A stretch of DNA of 39,218 nucleotides from Octopus sinensis (GCF_006345805.1 NW_021835518.1:1-39218); one strand, 5' to 3'; positions 25,613-36,181 are shown, counted from the stretch's first letter. The notes: a model not told the origin generated them from the letters alone. Translations and numbers: made by a program.

Positions 25613-28200
25613 TGTGCCGACAAAGATCAAAGACGGTGCCGACAGAGATCAAAGACGGTGCCGACAGAGATCAAAGACGGTGCCAACAGAGATCAAAGAC
25701 GGTGCCCACAGAGATCAAAGACGATGCCCACATAGATCAAAGACGCTGCCGACATAGATCAAAGAGTGTGCCGACAGAGATCAAAGACGGTGTCGACAGA
25801 GATCAAAGAGTGTGCCGACAAAGATCAAAGACGGTGCCGACATAGATCAAAGATGGTGCCGACATGAATCAAAGAGTGTGCCGACATGAATCACAGAGTG
25901 TGCCGACAAAGATCAAAGACGGTGCCTACAGAGATAAAAGACGGTGCCGACAGAGATCAAAGACGGTGCCGACAGAGATCAAAGAGTGTGCCGAAAAAGA
26001 TCAAAGAGTGTGCCGATAAAGATCAAAGACGGTGCCGTCAAACCGGTTCAAACCGGTTCAAACCGGATCAAATAAGAGATCCAAGACGGTGCCGATAGAG
26101 ATCAAAGACGGTGCCGACATATATCAAAGACGGTGCCGACAGAGATCAAAGACGGTGTCGACAGAGATCAAAGACGGTGCCGACAGAGATCAAAGACGGT
26201 GCCGCCAGAGATCAAAGACAGTGCCGACAGAGATCAAAGAGTGTGCCGACAAAGATCAAAGAATGTGCCGACAAAGATCAAAGAGTGTGCCGACAAAGAT
26301 CAAAGACGGTGCCGACAGAGATCAAAGACGGTGCCGACAGAGATCAAAGACGGTGCCGACAGAGATCAAAGATGGTGCCGACAGAGATCAAAGACGGTGC
26401 CGACAGAGATCAAAGACGGTGCCAACAGAGATCAAAGACGGTGCCGGCAGAGATCAAAGATGGTGCCGACAGAGATCAAAGACGGTGCCGCTAGAGATCA
26501 AAGACGGTGCCGACAGAGATCAAAGAGTGTGCCGACAAAGATCAAAGAGTGTGCCGACAAAGATCAAAGACGGTGTCGACAGAGATCAAAGACGGTGCCG
26601 ACAGAGATCAAAGACTGTGCCGACAAAGATCAAAGACGGTGCCGACAGAGATCAAAGATGGTGCCGACATGAATCAAAGAGTGTGCCGACAAAGATCAAA
26701 GACGGTGCCGACAGAGATAAAAGACGGTGCCGACAGAGATCAAAGACGGTGCCGACAGAGATCAAAGACGGTGCCAGCAGAGATCAAAGAGTGTGCCGAC
26801 AAAGATCAAAGAGTGTGCCGATAAAGATCAAAGACGGTGCCGTCAAACCGGTTCAAACCGGTTCAAACCGGATCAAATAGAGATCAAAGACGGTGCCGAC
26901 AGAGATCAAAGACAGTGCCGACAGAGATCAAAGAGTGTGCCGACAAAGATCAAAGAATGTGCCGACAAAGATCAAAGAGTGTGCCGACAAAGATCAAAGA
27001 CGGTGCCGACAGAGATCAAAGACGGTGCCGACAGAGGTCAGAAGACCGGTGCCGACAGAGATCAAGATGTGCCGACAGAGAGATCAAAGACGGTGCCGAC
27101 AGAGATCAAAGACGGTGCCAACAGAGATCAAAGACGGTGCCGGCAGAGATCAAAGATGGTGCCGACAGAGATCAAAGACGGTGCCGCTAGAGATCAAAGA
27201 CGGTGCCGACAGAGATCAAAGAGTGTGCCGACAAAGATCAAAGAGTGTGCCGACAAAGATCAAAGACGGTGCCGACAGAGATCAAAGACGGTGCCGACAG
27301 AGATCAAAGAGTGTGCCGACAAAGATCAAAGACGGTGCCGACAGAGATCAAAGATGGTGCCGACATGAATCAAAGAGTGTGCCGACAAAGATCAAAGACG
27401 GTGCCGACAGAGATAAAAGACGGTGCCGACAGAGATCAAAGACGGTGCCGACAGAGATCAAAGACGGTGCCAGCAGAGATCAAAGAGTGTGCCGACAAAG
27501 ATCAAAGAGTGTGCCGATAAAGATCAAAGACGGTGCCGTCAAACGGTTCAAACCGGTTCAAACCGGATCAAATAGAGATCAAAGACGGTGCCGACAGAGA
27601 TCAAAGACGGTGCCGACATAGATCAAAGAGGGGTGCCAACAGAGATCAAAGACGGTGCCGACAGAGATCAAAGATGGTGCCGACAGAGATCAAAGACGGT
27701 GCCGCTAGAGATCAAAGACGGTTGCCGACAGAGATCAAAGAGTGTGCCGACAAAGATCAAAGAGTGTGCCGACAAAGATCAAAGACGGTGCCGACCCAGA
27801 GCAGAGATCAACGACGGTGCCGACATAGATCAAAGACGGTGCCGACAGAGATCAAAGACGGTGCCGACAGAGATCAAAGACGGTGTCGACAGAGATCAAA
27901 GACGGTGCCGACAGAGATCAAAGACGGTGCTGATAGAGATCAAAGAGTGTGCCGAAAAAAATCAAAGACGGTGCCGTCAAACCGGTTCAAACCGGTTCAA
28001 ACCGGATCAAACAGAGATCAAAGACGGTGCCGACAGAGATCAAAGACGATGCCGACAGAGATCAAAGACGGTGCCAACAGAGATCAAAGACGCTGCCGAC
28101 ATAGATCAAAGACGGTGCCGACAGAGATCAAAGACGGTGCCGACAAACCGGTTCAAACCGGATCAAACCGGTTCAAACCGGTTCAAACCAGATCAAACAG
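25613..28200. repeat. 22-bp satellite (~105-110 monomers, GCCGACAGAGATCAAAGACGGT; variant GCCGACAAAGATCAAAGAGTGT) punctuated by (AAACCGGTTC)n cassettes
   Basis: Direct reading. The 22-aa periodicity of all + strand ORFs (66 nt = 3 x 22) confirms the period. Cassettes start at ~26041, 26846, 27542, 27980 and 28146. Confidence 0.97.
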
Positions 28201-28331
28201 GTGTGGGTGTGTGTGTGCGCGCGCGAGTGATGTATATTATTGAAAAACCGCACTACCTTGATGTCTGCTGTATATTTAGAGTGATGTCTGAGTGTATTTA
28301 AGTGTGTGTTAGTATGATCTCTGTGTGTAAA

Positions 28332-28368
<37 letters not shown>

Positions 28369-28425
28369 GTCTGTCTGTCTGTCTGACTGTCTGACTGTCT
28401 GTCTGTCTGTCCGTCTGTCTATCTC

Positions 28426-28464
<39 letters not shown>

Positions 28465-29345
28465 GTCTGTCTGTCTGACTGTCTGACTGTCTGACTGTCT
28501 GTCCGTCTGTCTATCTCTCTCTATCTAATCTATCTATCTATCTATCTATTTCTGTCTGTCTGTCTGACTGTTGACTGTCTGACTGTCTGTCCGTCTGTCT
28601 ATCTCTCTATCTATCTATCTATCTATCTATCTGTCCATCTATCTATCTATTTCTATCTATCCATCTATCTATCTATCTCCAGCTCCCTCCCTCTCCCTTC
28701 ACTCTTTCTTTCTTTCTTCTTCTCTCTCTTTCTATCTTTCGCTTTCTTCCTCTCTCTCTCTTTTTTTCTCTCTCTCTCTATCTGTCTCTTTCTCCACACA
28801 CACATACATTTACATGCAAACACGTTCTTCACTTGTACAAAACAATTAGATAGAATGCAAAAAAAAAAAAAACGTTCACCAGATGCTAAAAAAATATATC
28901 TATAAAAAACCCCAGATCAAAACGAAATAGATATCTGCAGCTTTGATTAGACTACGTTTATCAAGAGACTAATTAGTAATTGGGAAATAAAGCAAAAAAC
29001 AAATCATAACAAAACAACAACAATAAAAACAACAAGCAAGCAAGCAATAGGTTAGTCATTAAAAATATTAGGTGGTGTCGTATACTTAACTAATATCAAT
29101 TAATTAATGAGTTCATGGCGAAATATTTTTCGCTGTGTCTCTCTCTCTCTGTCGTAAGCATATGCCTATATACATACATATGTACACACATACACATACA
29201 CACACATACATACATATATAAATTAAAAAAAATATATATGTATACGTATGTATATATGTAAGTACATATCAGTGTGTTTGTACACACACACACACACATA
29301 TTTATCTGTGTGTATGTTCATATATATATATTATATTATATATAT

Positions 29346-29378
<33 letters not shown>

Positions 29379-29390
29379 ATATATATATAT

Positions 29391-29423
<33 letters not shown>

Positions 29424-29803
29424 TATATATATATATATATTTATATATAATATATATTATAATATATATATATATATATAAAAGCTTGTGCACGTGCGTG
29501 CGTGTGTTTATGTGTGCACTTTTATGTTTTTAGCATTTTTTTCCTATTTTCTTACGACTAATTCAATCGTTCAAAAAAAAGAACTTTATAATTGTGAAGT
29601 ACAAACAGAAAGAGACCGAGAACACAGTAGAATTTTTAATATATGCTTACCGCACGTACATACATACATACAAACATACATACATGCAAGCATGCATGCA
29701 TACATACATCCATACATGCATATATACATACATACATGCATGCATGCATACATACATCCATACATGCATATACACTCCCGTACACATACACACACACATA
29801 TAC

Positions 29804-29964
29804 ACGACGGGATTCTTTTAGTTTCCGTCTACTAAATCCACCCAGAATGCTTTACTCGGCCCTAAGCTAGAGTAGAAAACAGTTGCTCAAGTTGTCATAC
29901 AGGGGGATTGAAGCTGGGACCATGTGGCTGGGAAGCAAATTTCCTACCACACAGCCGCACCTGT
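29804..29964 (-). mobile_element. SINE family C, 5' half, diverged
   Basis: Aligns with the 5' portion of 24245-24621 (AGTTTCCGTCTACTAAATCCAC...CCATGTGGCTGGGAAGCAAA..ACCACACAGCC). Confidence 0.8.
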
Positions 29965-30054
29965 AAAGACAGCGCAGTCTTTTAAATGGTAAAGAAAGTG
30001 GCAATTTTTTAATATTATTTCGTTTCGGCGCTCTATTATCTTTACCATAATTAA

Positions 30055-32652
30055 TATCGTTGAAATTATGAGAGATCCTACGAAAACACCTGATTTGCTA
30101 GCAAGAGGTATTTCTTACCTACTCATGAAGAATAATGAAACCAAAGTTCAGAAAAGTTCTTGTCCCATAACTTGTCTATCTACCACTTATGAAATTTTAA
30201 AATTTATCCTCGGGGGAAAAAAAAAACATGTACCTATGGAACAGAACGATATTTTCCCCACTGAACAGTAAAGGTGCCGATGCAGTTCATATGGGTGGAA
30301 AGATCAACTCCTAATTAATCGAATGATCCTTAGGAACTGTCATAACAAGCACACGAATATAAATTCCGCATGGATTGATAACAGAAAGGCACTTGATATT
30401 ATATCACATTCATGGATTTGAAATCGCTGGACATTTTCAAAATTTATCTTGTAATTTCAAAAAAAATTGAAGCACAACATATCAGTGTGGAATACGAATC
30501 TCCAATTATACCACTCTAATTGTGTACTGACTTCAAACACTATTAATATCAACCGTGGAATTTCCCAAGGTGACTCACCTTCACCTCTAATTTTTAGCAT
30601 AGCCATCATACCCCTTACTAGTGAACTTAACTTAACAGAGTATGTATATAAAATCGAAAAGTAAATAAGCCATCAATTTTATATGGATGAATTAAAATTA
30701 TGGCAAAGGCAATGATGTGCTTGAAGGCCTATTACATAGTGAGAAAGCATTCAGTGATGACATCAGGCCGGGTTTAATCTTGATAAGTGTGCCAAGGCCA
30801 CTTTCCAGAGAGAGAAATTGAAGACCGCAAATTCAGTCATGTTAGATGCTGACACAGTTATAGAAGAACTTTAGCAGGAACAAACCTATAAATACTTAGG
30901 AATAAATGAAGGCTCTGACATTTAGCATATAAGCATGTAAGATCAGGAAGGAATGTTATAGGAGAGTTCGAGCAGATTCCAAATCAGAGCAAAATGCACA
31001 CAAGTTATTAGCCATGAATTCTTTAGCAATTCTAGTTTTTATTTATAACTTCAATGTGTTGAACTGGAATATCAGTGAAATAAGGAAAATTGACAGAGAA
31101 ATACGTAAGCTGCTGACTTGCAATTATATGTACGATCCAAAGGCAAATGTGGATCGGCTTTACCTTCTCAGAGACCAAGGAGGTAGAGGCTTGATTCAAT
31201 CTGAGCTCTTTTACAAAATCACTACAAGTGGATTGACCAAATATCTTTAAGCAACTAACTACTGAATGCTACAACCTGTTGTTTGTTCCTTCTCGAGCCA
31301 CGCTTGGCTAATAGGGCCGGTTTCCCGGTTTCCTTGGCGTATAGGTTCCCCACCTGGACAGGACGCCGGTCCGTCGCAGGTGAGCTGCAAGATGTAGGAG
31401 GAAAGAATGAGAGAAAATTGTGGCGAAAGAGTCAGCAGAAGTTCGCCATTACCTTCTGCCGGAGCCGCGTGGAGCTTAGGTGTTTTGCTTATAAACACAC
31501 ACATCACCCGGGATGAGGTTCGAACCCACGATCCCTCGACCGTGAGTCCGCTACTATAACCACTAGGCCATGTGCCTCTACTACAACCTGTTGAAAATTA
31601 CAAGAGGCGTAAAAAGATTCATTCTGTCTCGAAGGAAAGAAAACAATTTGCTATTGATTTCATGCATAATACTCAGCCTGAACGGGGTTGTGAAGCAACT
31701 GTCTTTGCAAAGAAGAGGAAATAAATAGCAAGGAAACAAGCAAGAAACTCTGTTTGGCAAATATGTGGCCCGTAGCGAACAAACTGATGTAAAATAGAAG
31801 CACACACATCGGTGGCTACGAAGCTCAGTGTTAAAGACAGAGAGGGAGGTTTCATCTTAGCTGCTCAAGATCAGAGCTTAATGACCCGGAACTACCAAGC
31901 CAATGTGATGAAAAATGGATTAGACCCAAAATGCCGGTTCTACAATGGTGAGTTTGAAACAGTGGAGCACCTAATCCCTGGATGTAAAGTATTAGCACCA
32001 GTGGAATAATATTCAAGACATGACAAAGTTGGCCAATATCTATACTGGTAGATATGTTGGCATTAAAATTCAAAACTTGACGAGTGGTAGAAGCACCACC
32101 ACCCTGAGACTGTAACTGAGGGGGAAAATGTAACGACACTTTGGGACTTTCTAGTACATACAGACAGAACCACCAAAGCTCATAGAGAAAGAGCAAAACA
32201 ATAAAATCGGTTTATAGATCGAGATGTGTATTCTTTTTGATCATAATATAGCGGTAAAAGGATTTGATAAGCTCAGAAAATATAAAAATTTGCTCATTGG
32301 AATCGAAAAAAAATGTGGCATCTCAATGCTGTTACACTACCAGTGATTATAGGAGCACTTGGAATAATCAAAAAAGGAACTGAAAATTATTTGGGTATGA
32401 TCCCTGGCTTGCCATTCCATACAAGAATTGCAAAAGCTTGTTTTAACTGGTACGTTACATGAACTGAAAAGACCGTTGCTCCTGTGAGAACGATTACAAC
32501 GCATGTAAATTTTTTTTTCGCATAACTTCAGTTGATTTTGTAAATGAACAATCCGGAATGTTTATTTTAATGGCCTATGAGTGAGCTTCTTTGACCTAGG
32601 TGTCGGGAAGACACCGATCAAGAAATGGAAACAAATTTGAAAGAAAGGAAAC
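30055..32652 (+). mobile_element. 5'-truncated, decayed R4/Dong-clade non-LTR retrotransposon (RT + CCHC knuckle + restriction-like endonuclease), interrupted by a SINE
   Basis: Motifs in order: PITCLSTTYEIL; EQ*RCRCSSYGWKDQLLIN; AWIDNRKALDIISHSWI; RGISQGDSPSPLIF; HQFYMDELKL; FNLDKCAK; YKYLGINE; LYLLRDQGGRGL; GFILAAQDQSL..CRFY..ETVEHLIPGC..RHDKV; LWDFLVHTDR; KLRKYKNL..PVIIGALG. Multiple stops and frameshifts. Immediately followed by (TAA)n. Confidence 0.88.
31282..31580 (-). mobile_element. Full-length SINE family A inserted in the LINE, with 13-bp target-site duplication
   Basis: CTACAACCTGTTG at 31269-31281 and 31581-31593. Revcomp has A-box TGGCCTAGTGG and B-box GGTTCGAACC. Removing the SINE restores the LINE frame (..MLQPVENYKRRKKIHS..). 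Confidence 0.92.
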
Positions 32653-32737
<85 letters not shown>

Positions 32738-32793
32738 TTTCAAATAGCAATAACCACACCTCGGATTTACCTCATTGGCCATGGTACCGCCTC

Positions 32794-32831
<38 letters not shown>

Positions 32832-33083
32832 GTTTCAAATGTTGCCACAATGGCAACCATTTTGGGGATGGGGATAAGTCGATTGCATCGACCCCAGTGT
32901 TTCACTGGTATTTAATTTATCGACCCCGAAAGGATAAAAAGGCAAAGTCGACCTCAGCGGAATTTGAACTCAGAACATAGCGACGTGGGAAATACCGCTA
33001 AGCGTTTCGTCCAACGTGCTAACGATTCTGTCAGCTCACCGCCTTAATAATAATAATAATATAATATAATAATAATAATAATA

Positions 33084-33118
<35 letters not shown>

Positions 33119-33255
33119 GCAACAACAATGATAATAATAAGAAGAAAAAATAACAACAAACATAATAATAATAATGATAACAAAGTTAATGAGGATATTA
33201 TTATTATTATTATTATTATATTATTATTATTATTATTATTATTATATTATTATAA
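32653..33255. repeat. (TAA)n tract with embedded elements, ending in an inverted (TTA)n block (~33196-33253)
   Basis: Direct reading. Confidence 0.95.
32832..33045 (-). mobile_element. SINE family B monomer embedded in (TAA)n
   Basis: Revcomp AAGGCGGTGAGCTGACAGAATCGTTAGCACG...GAGTTCAAATTCCGC..GTCGACTTTGCCTTTTTATCCTTTCGGGGTCGATAAATTAAATACCAG...TTTGAAAC. Confidence 0.9.
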
Positions 33256-33804
33256 ATTCAACATCCTATATCCGTAAGAGATTCACGCATTAAAAACACC
33301 GATATCCAAATACCTTTTCACCAGTTATAATTTCAACACGAAGTAACATTCAACACGCACACACGCACACACGCACTCACCGCACACAAGACGCACCACA
33401 CACACGCACGCAAGCAGACAAGCACACACACACACACACACACAGAGACATACACACACACAAACACACACACACACACAGACACGCACAGACACACATA
33501 ACACCAACGTAAATTCTTCATGTCTGTTTGCTACCAAATAATACATTTCCCTGAGGTGTAATTAAAGATTTTCCGTTAATTAATCACGTGTCAAAACTTT
33601 ACAGAGCCCTTAAAACAACAGCCTGCTGTTATATTGCTCATTCAGCTTGTTGTGTGTTAGTTAGAAAAGTTTGTGTACATGCTAAATAAAAGACTAATTG
33701 ATTAATATTTCGAAATGGCATATATAGTTTGACAGGAGAAATGGCGTTGAGATTTCTCTAATCTACGGATGTATGCATGCAAGACTTTATTTACGTACTT
33801 ATGT

Positions 33805-34065
33805 GTGTATGTACGTACGTACGTACGTATGTATGCATGTATGTATGTATGTATGTATGTATGTATGTATGTATGTATATATGTATGTACGCATGTATGT
33901 ATGTATGTATGTATGTATGTATGTATGTATGTATGTATGAAAGTAAGTATGTATTTACGTATGTACGCATGTATGTATGTATGCATGTATGTATGTATGT
34001 ATGAAAGTATGTATGTATGAAAGTATGTATGTATGTATGAAAGTATGTATGTATGTATGTATGTC
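33805..34065. repeat. (TATG)n microsatellite
   Basis: Direct reading. Related tracts at 13685-13730, 23177-23345, 36850-37190. Confidence 0.95.
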
Positions 34066-34166
34066 ATTATTCAGTTTTATTTCTAGATTTCTAGCCAATA
34101 GAGAAAGAGCCGGTTTCTAACCTAGATTCAAAGCTCCTTCATTGGAATTTCCTGTATGTATGTGTA

Positions 34167-34210
<44 letters not shown>

Positions 34211-34617
34211 TATGCATATATGTAGGCATCTATGCATCTTTATATTTATGTATAAATGAATATATGTATCTAGGTATTATATATGTATGTATGTATGTGC
34301 GTATGAATGCATGCATGTATATATGTACGTAAGCATGTATGTATGTATGTATATGACTGCATATATGTACGTATGTGTATATCCATTTCTGTAAAAATAT
34401 ATACGTGAATGTATATGTTTGTTTATATGTATATATGTACGTTCGTATTAATGGATGCATGCATGAATGTGTATAAGTATCTACGTGGGCTTGCATATTT
34501 GTACACGTGTGTCTGTTTGCTTGTATGTACACATGCAATTATGATTGTTTGCATGTATGTATATATACATATTTGAATCTATGTACGTATGTGTTTATAT
34601 ATGTATTTATATATGTA

Positions 34618-34915
34618 GTGGAGGCGCAATGGCCCAGTGGTTAGGGCAGTGGACTCGCGGTCATAGGATCGCGGTTTCGATTCCCAGACCGGGCGTTGTG
34701 AGTGTTTATTGAGCGAAAACACCTAAAGTTCCACGAGGCTCCGGCAGGGATGGTGGTGATCCCTGCTGTACTCTTTCACCACAACTTTCTCTCACTCTTA
34801 CTTCCTGTTTCTGTTGTACCTGTATTTCAAAGGGCCGGCTGAATATCCCCGAGAACTACGTTAAGGGTACACGGATCAACCGGAACCCTCATAGTCGTAA
34901 CCGACGGAGTGCTTC
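34618..34915 (+). mobile_element. SINE family A, full length with a different 3' tail
   Basis: GTGGAGGCGCAATGGCCCAGTGGTTAGGGCAGTGGACTCGCGGTC..TTTCGATTCCCAGACCGGGCG. Matches the 1398 copy; tail ends ...GTCGTAACCGACGGAGTGC. Confidence 0.88.
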
Positions 34916-35054
34916 CATCCCATTTATATATGTGTCGTATGTTTGTGTGTTTCTATGTTTGTGTATCTTTGGTTTGTTTGTATTCTTTATACACAGAAGA
35001 GCTGCTGGTTTGTAATAAAGGAACAAAATCTCCATTGCTGGAATTTGGATTAAA

Positions 35055-35408
35055 AGGATAAAGGTGAAAACCCACTTCGGTCAAGAATGACCATGGGATT
35101 GCTCCTGGAAAGTTTCCCCTCCTAGGCATAAGTTTGAGTTCGATTATTTATGGGAGACCAGCAGTCCCCCATGCATACGAGCCTCTCCGCTTTACGCCAG
35201 CGGTGCTATCCGAGGGAAAAGCAAAGGTCGATACTGTCTGGCATCAGTGACGTTGCAACTCATTTCTACAGCTGAGTGAACAGAAGTAATGTGAAATAAA
35301 GTGTCTTACTCATGAACCCAACACACAGCTCGGTCTGGTCTAGGAATCGAACTAACTACCTCATGACTGTGACCCCGACGCTCTAACCACCAAGCCATGT
35401 GCCTTCAC
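35055..35408 (-). mobile_element. tRNA-derived SINE family D with CORE-like central segment
   Basis: Revcomp GTGAAGGCACATGGCTTGGTGGTTAGAGC..GTTCGATTCC, then GAGTAAGACACTTTATTTCAC..CACTCAGCTGTAGAAATGAGT, similar in layout to the CORE domain (GCAAG.CACTT...CTGTAAAATGGG). Confidence 0.75.
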
Positions 35409-35708
35409 ACCGGAATTTGGATAACATCTACAATAACTGTAACACGATGAACTATAAAAATGCTGTGCACAGTTACACTCTTCCGGTTACAGATCGAATT
35501 TGTGAAATACCTGTTAGCGGCCCCTTTCTTTATTCGAAAACCGGCAACTGTACTATACCTCCCTTCGTACGGAAGACAGTTTACATTGGATAGACTGCTA
35601 GACGAAAGTAACAAATTATGAAAGGGCAGATGGACCCAACAGATTTAAAAGCCATCCTACAGCTGGTAGTAAGAGACTCTTTGTTGTTGTTTAGACATCT
35701 CTCTAGCA

Positions 35709-35752
35709 CAGCGATTCTCAACCATTTTTGGTCTATGGACCACTTTGATTCC
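35709..35752 (+). mobile_element. Possible hAT (Charlie-like) terminal fragment
   Basis: CAGCGATTCTCAACCATTTT preceded by CTCTAGCA, close to the NTCTAGAN Charlie target preference. No right end found. Confidence 0.4.
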
Positions 35753-35966
35753 TATTCTTGTCATTGACAAGGCTCAAAAGGCACCTTGCCTCCTTACTAT
35801 CCGATGCAAGTACGATTTTTCGACTCCCTCTGATACATATTGTGTTTTTAAACACCGAATGTCCACAAAAGACTTTTATCTTAGACGAAACACGCAATTT
35901 GCTCGCCAACGAATTATATACATAAGGTATAATATATATTTTGCTATTTTAATTTAATACTGCTTC

Positions 35967-36181
35967 AAGGCGGCGAGCTGACAGAATGGTTAGCATGTTA
36001 GCAAAATTACTGAGCAAAATTTCGTTTGTCTTTACGTTCTGAGTTCAAATACTGCCGAGGTGGACTTTGCCTTTTATCCTTTCAAAGCTCATAAAACAAC
36101 TATCAGTTGAGCACTGGGGTTGATGTAATCGACTAACCTCTTCCCGCGAAATTGCTGGCCTTATGTCAAAATTTGAAACTA
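35967..36181 (+). mobile_element. SINE family B monomer with ~15-bp target-site duplication
   Basis: TTTAATACTGCTTCA (35953-35967) vs TTTAATACAGCTTCA (36183-36197), 1 mismatch. The body aligns with the trimer units. Confidence 0.9.

Noticed and set aside
25572-28301. Long + strand ORFs with repeating TEIKDGADRDQRRCRQRSKTVP
   Set aside because: The 22-nt unit has no + strand stop and is not a multiple of 3, so all three frames give the same cyclic peptide. Indels shift frames freely. This is a satellite artefact unless Ribo-seq shows otherwise.
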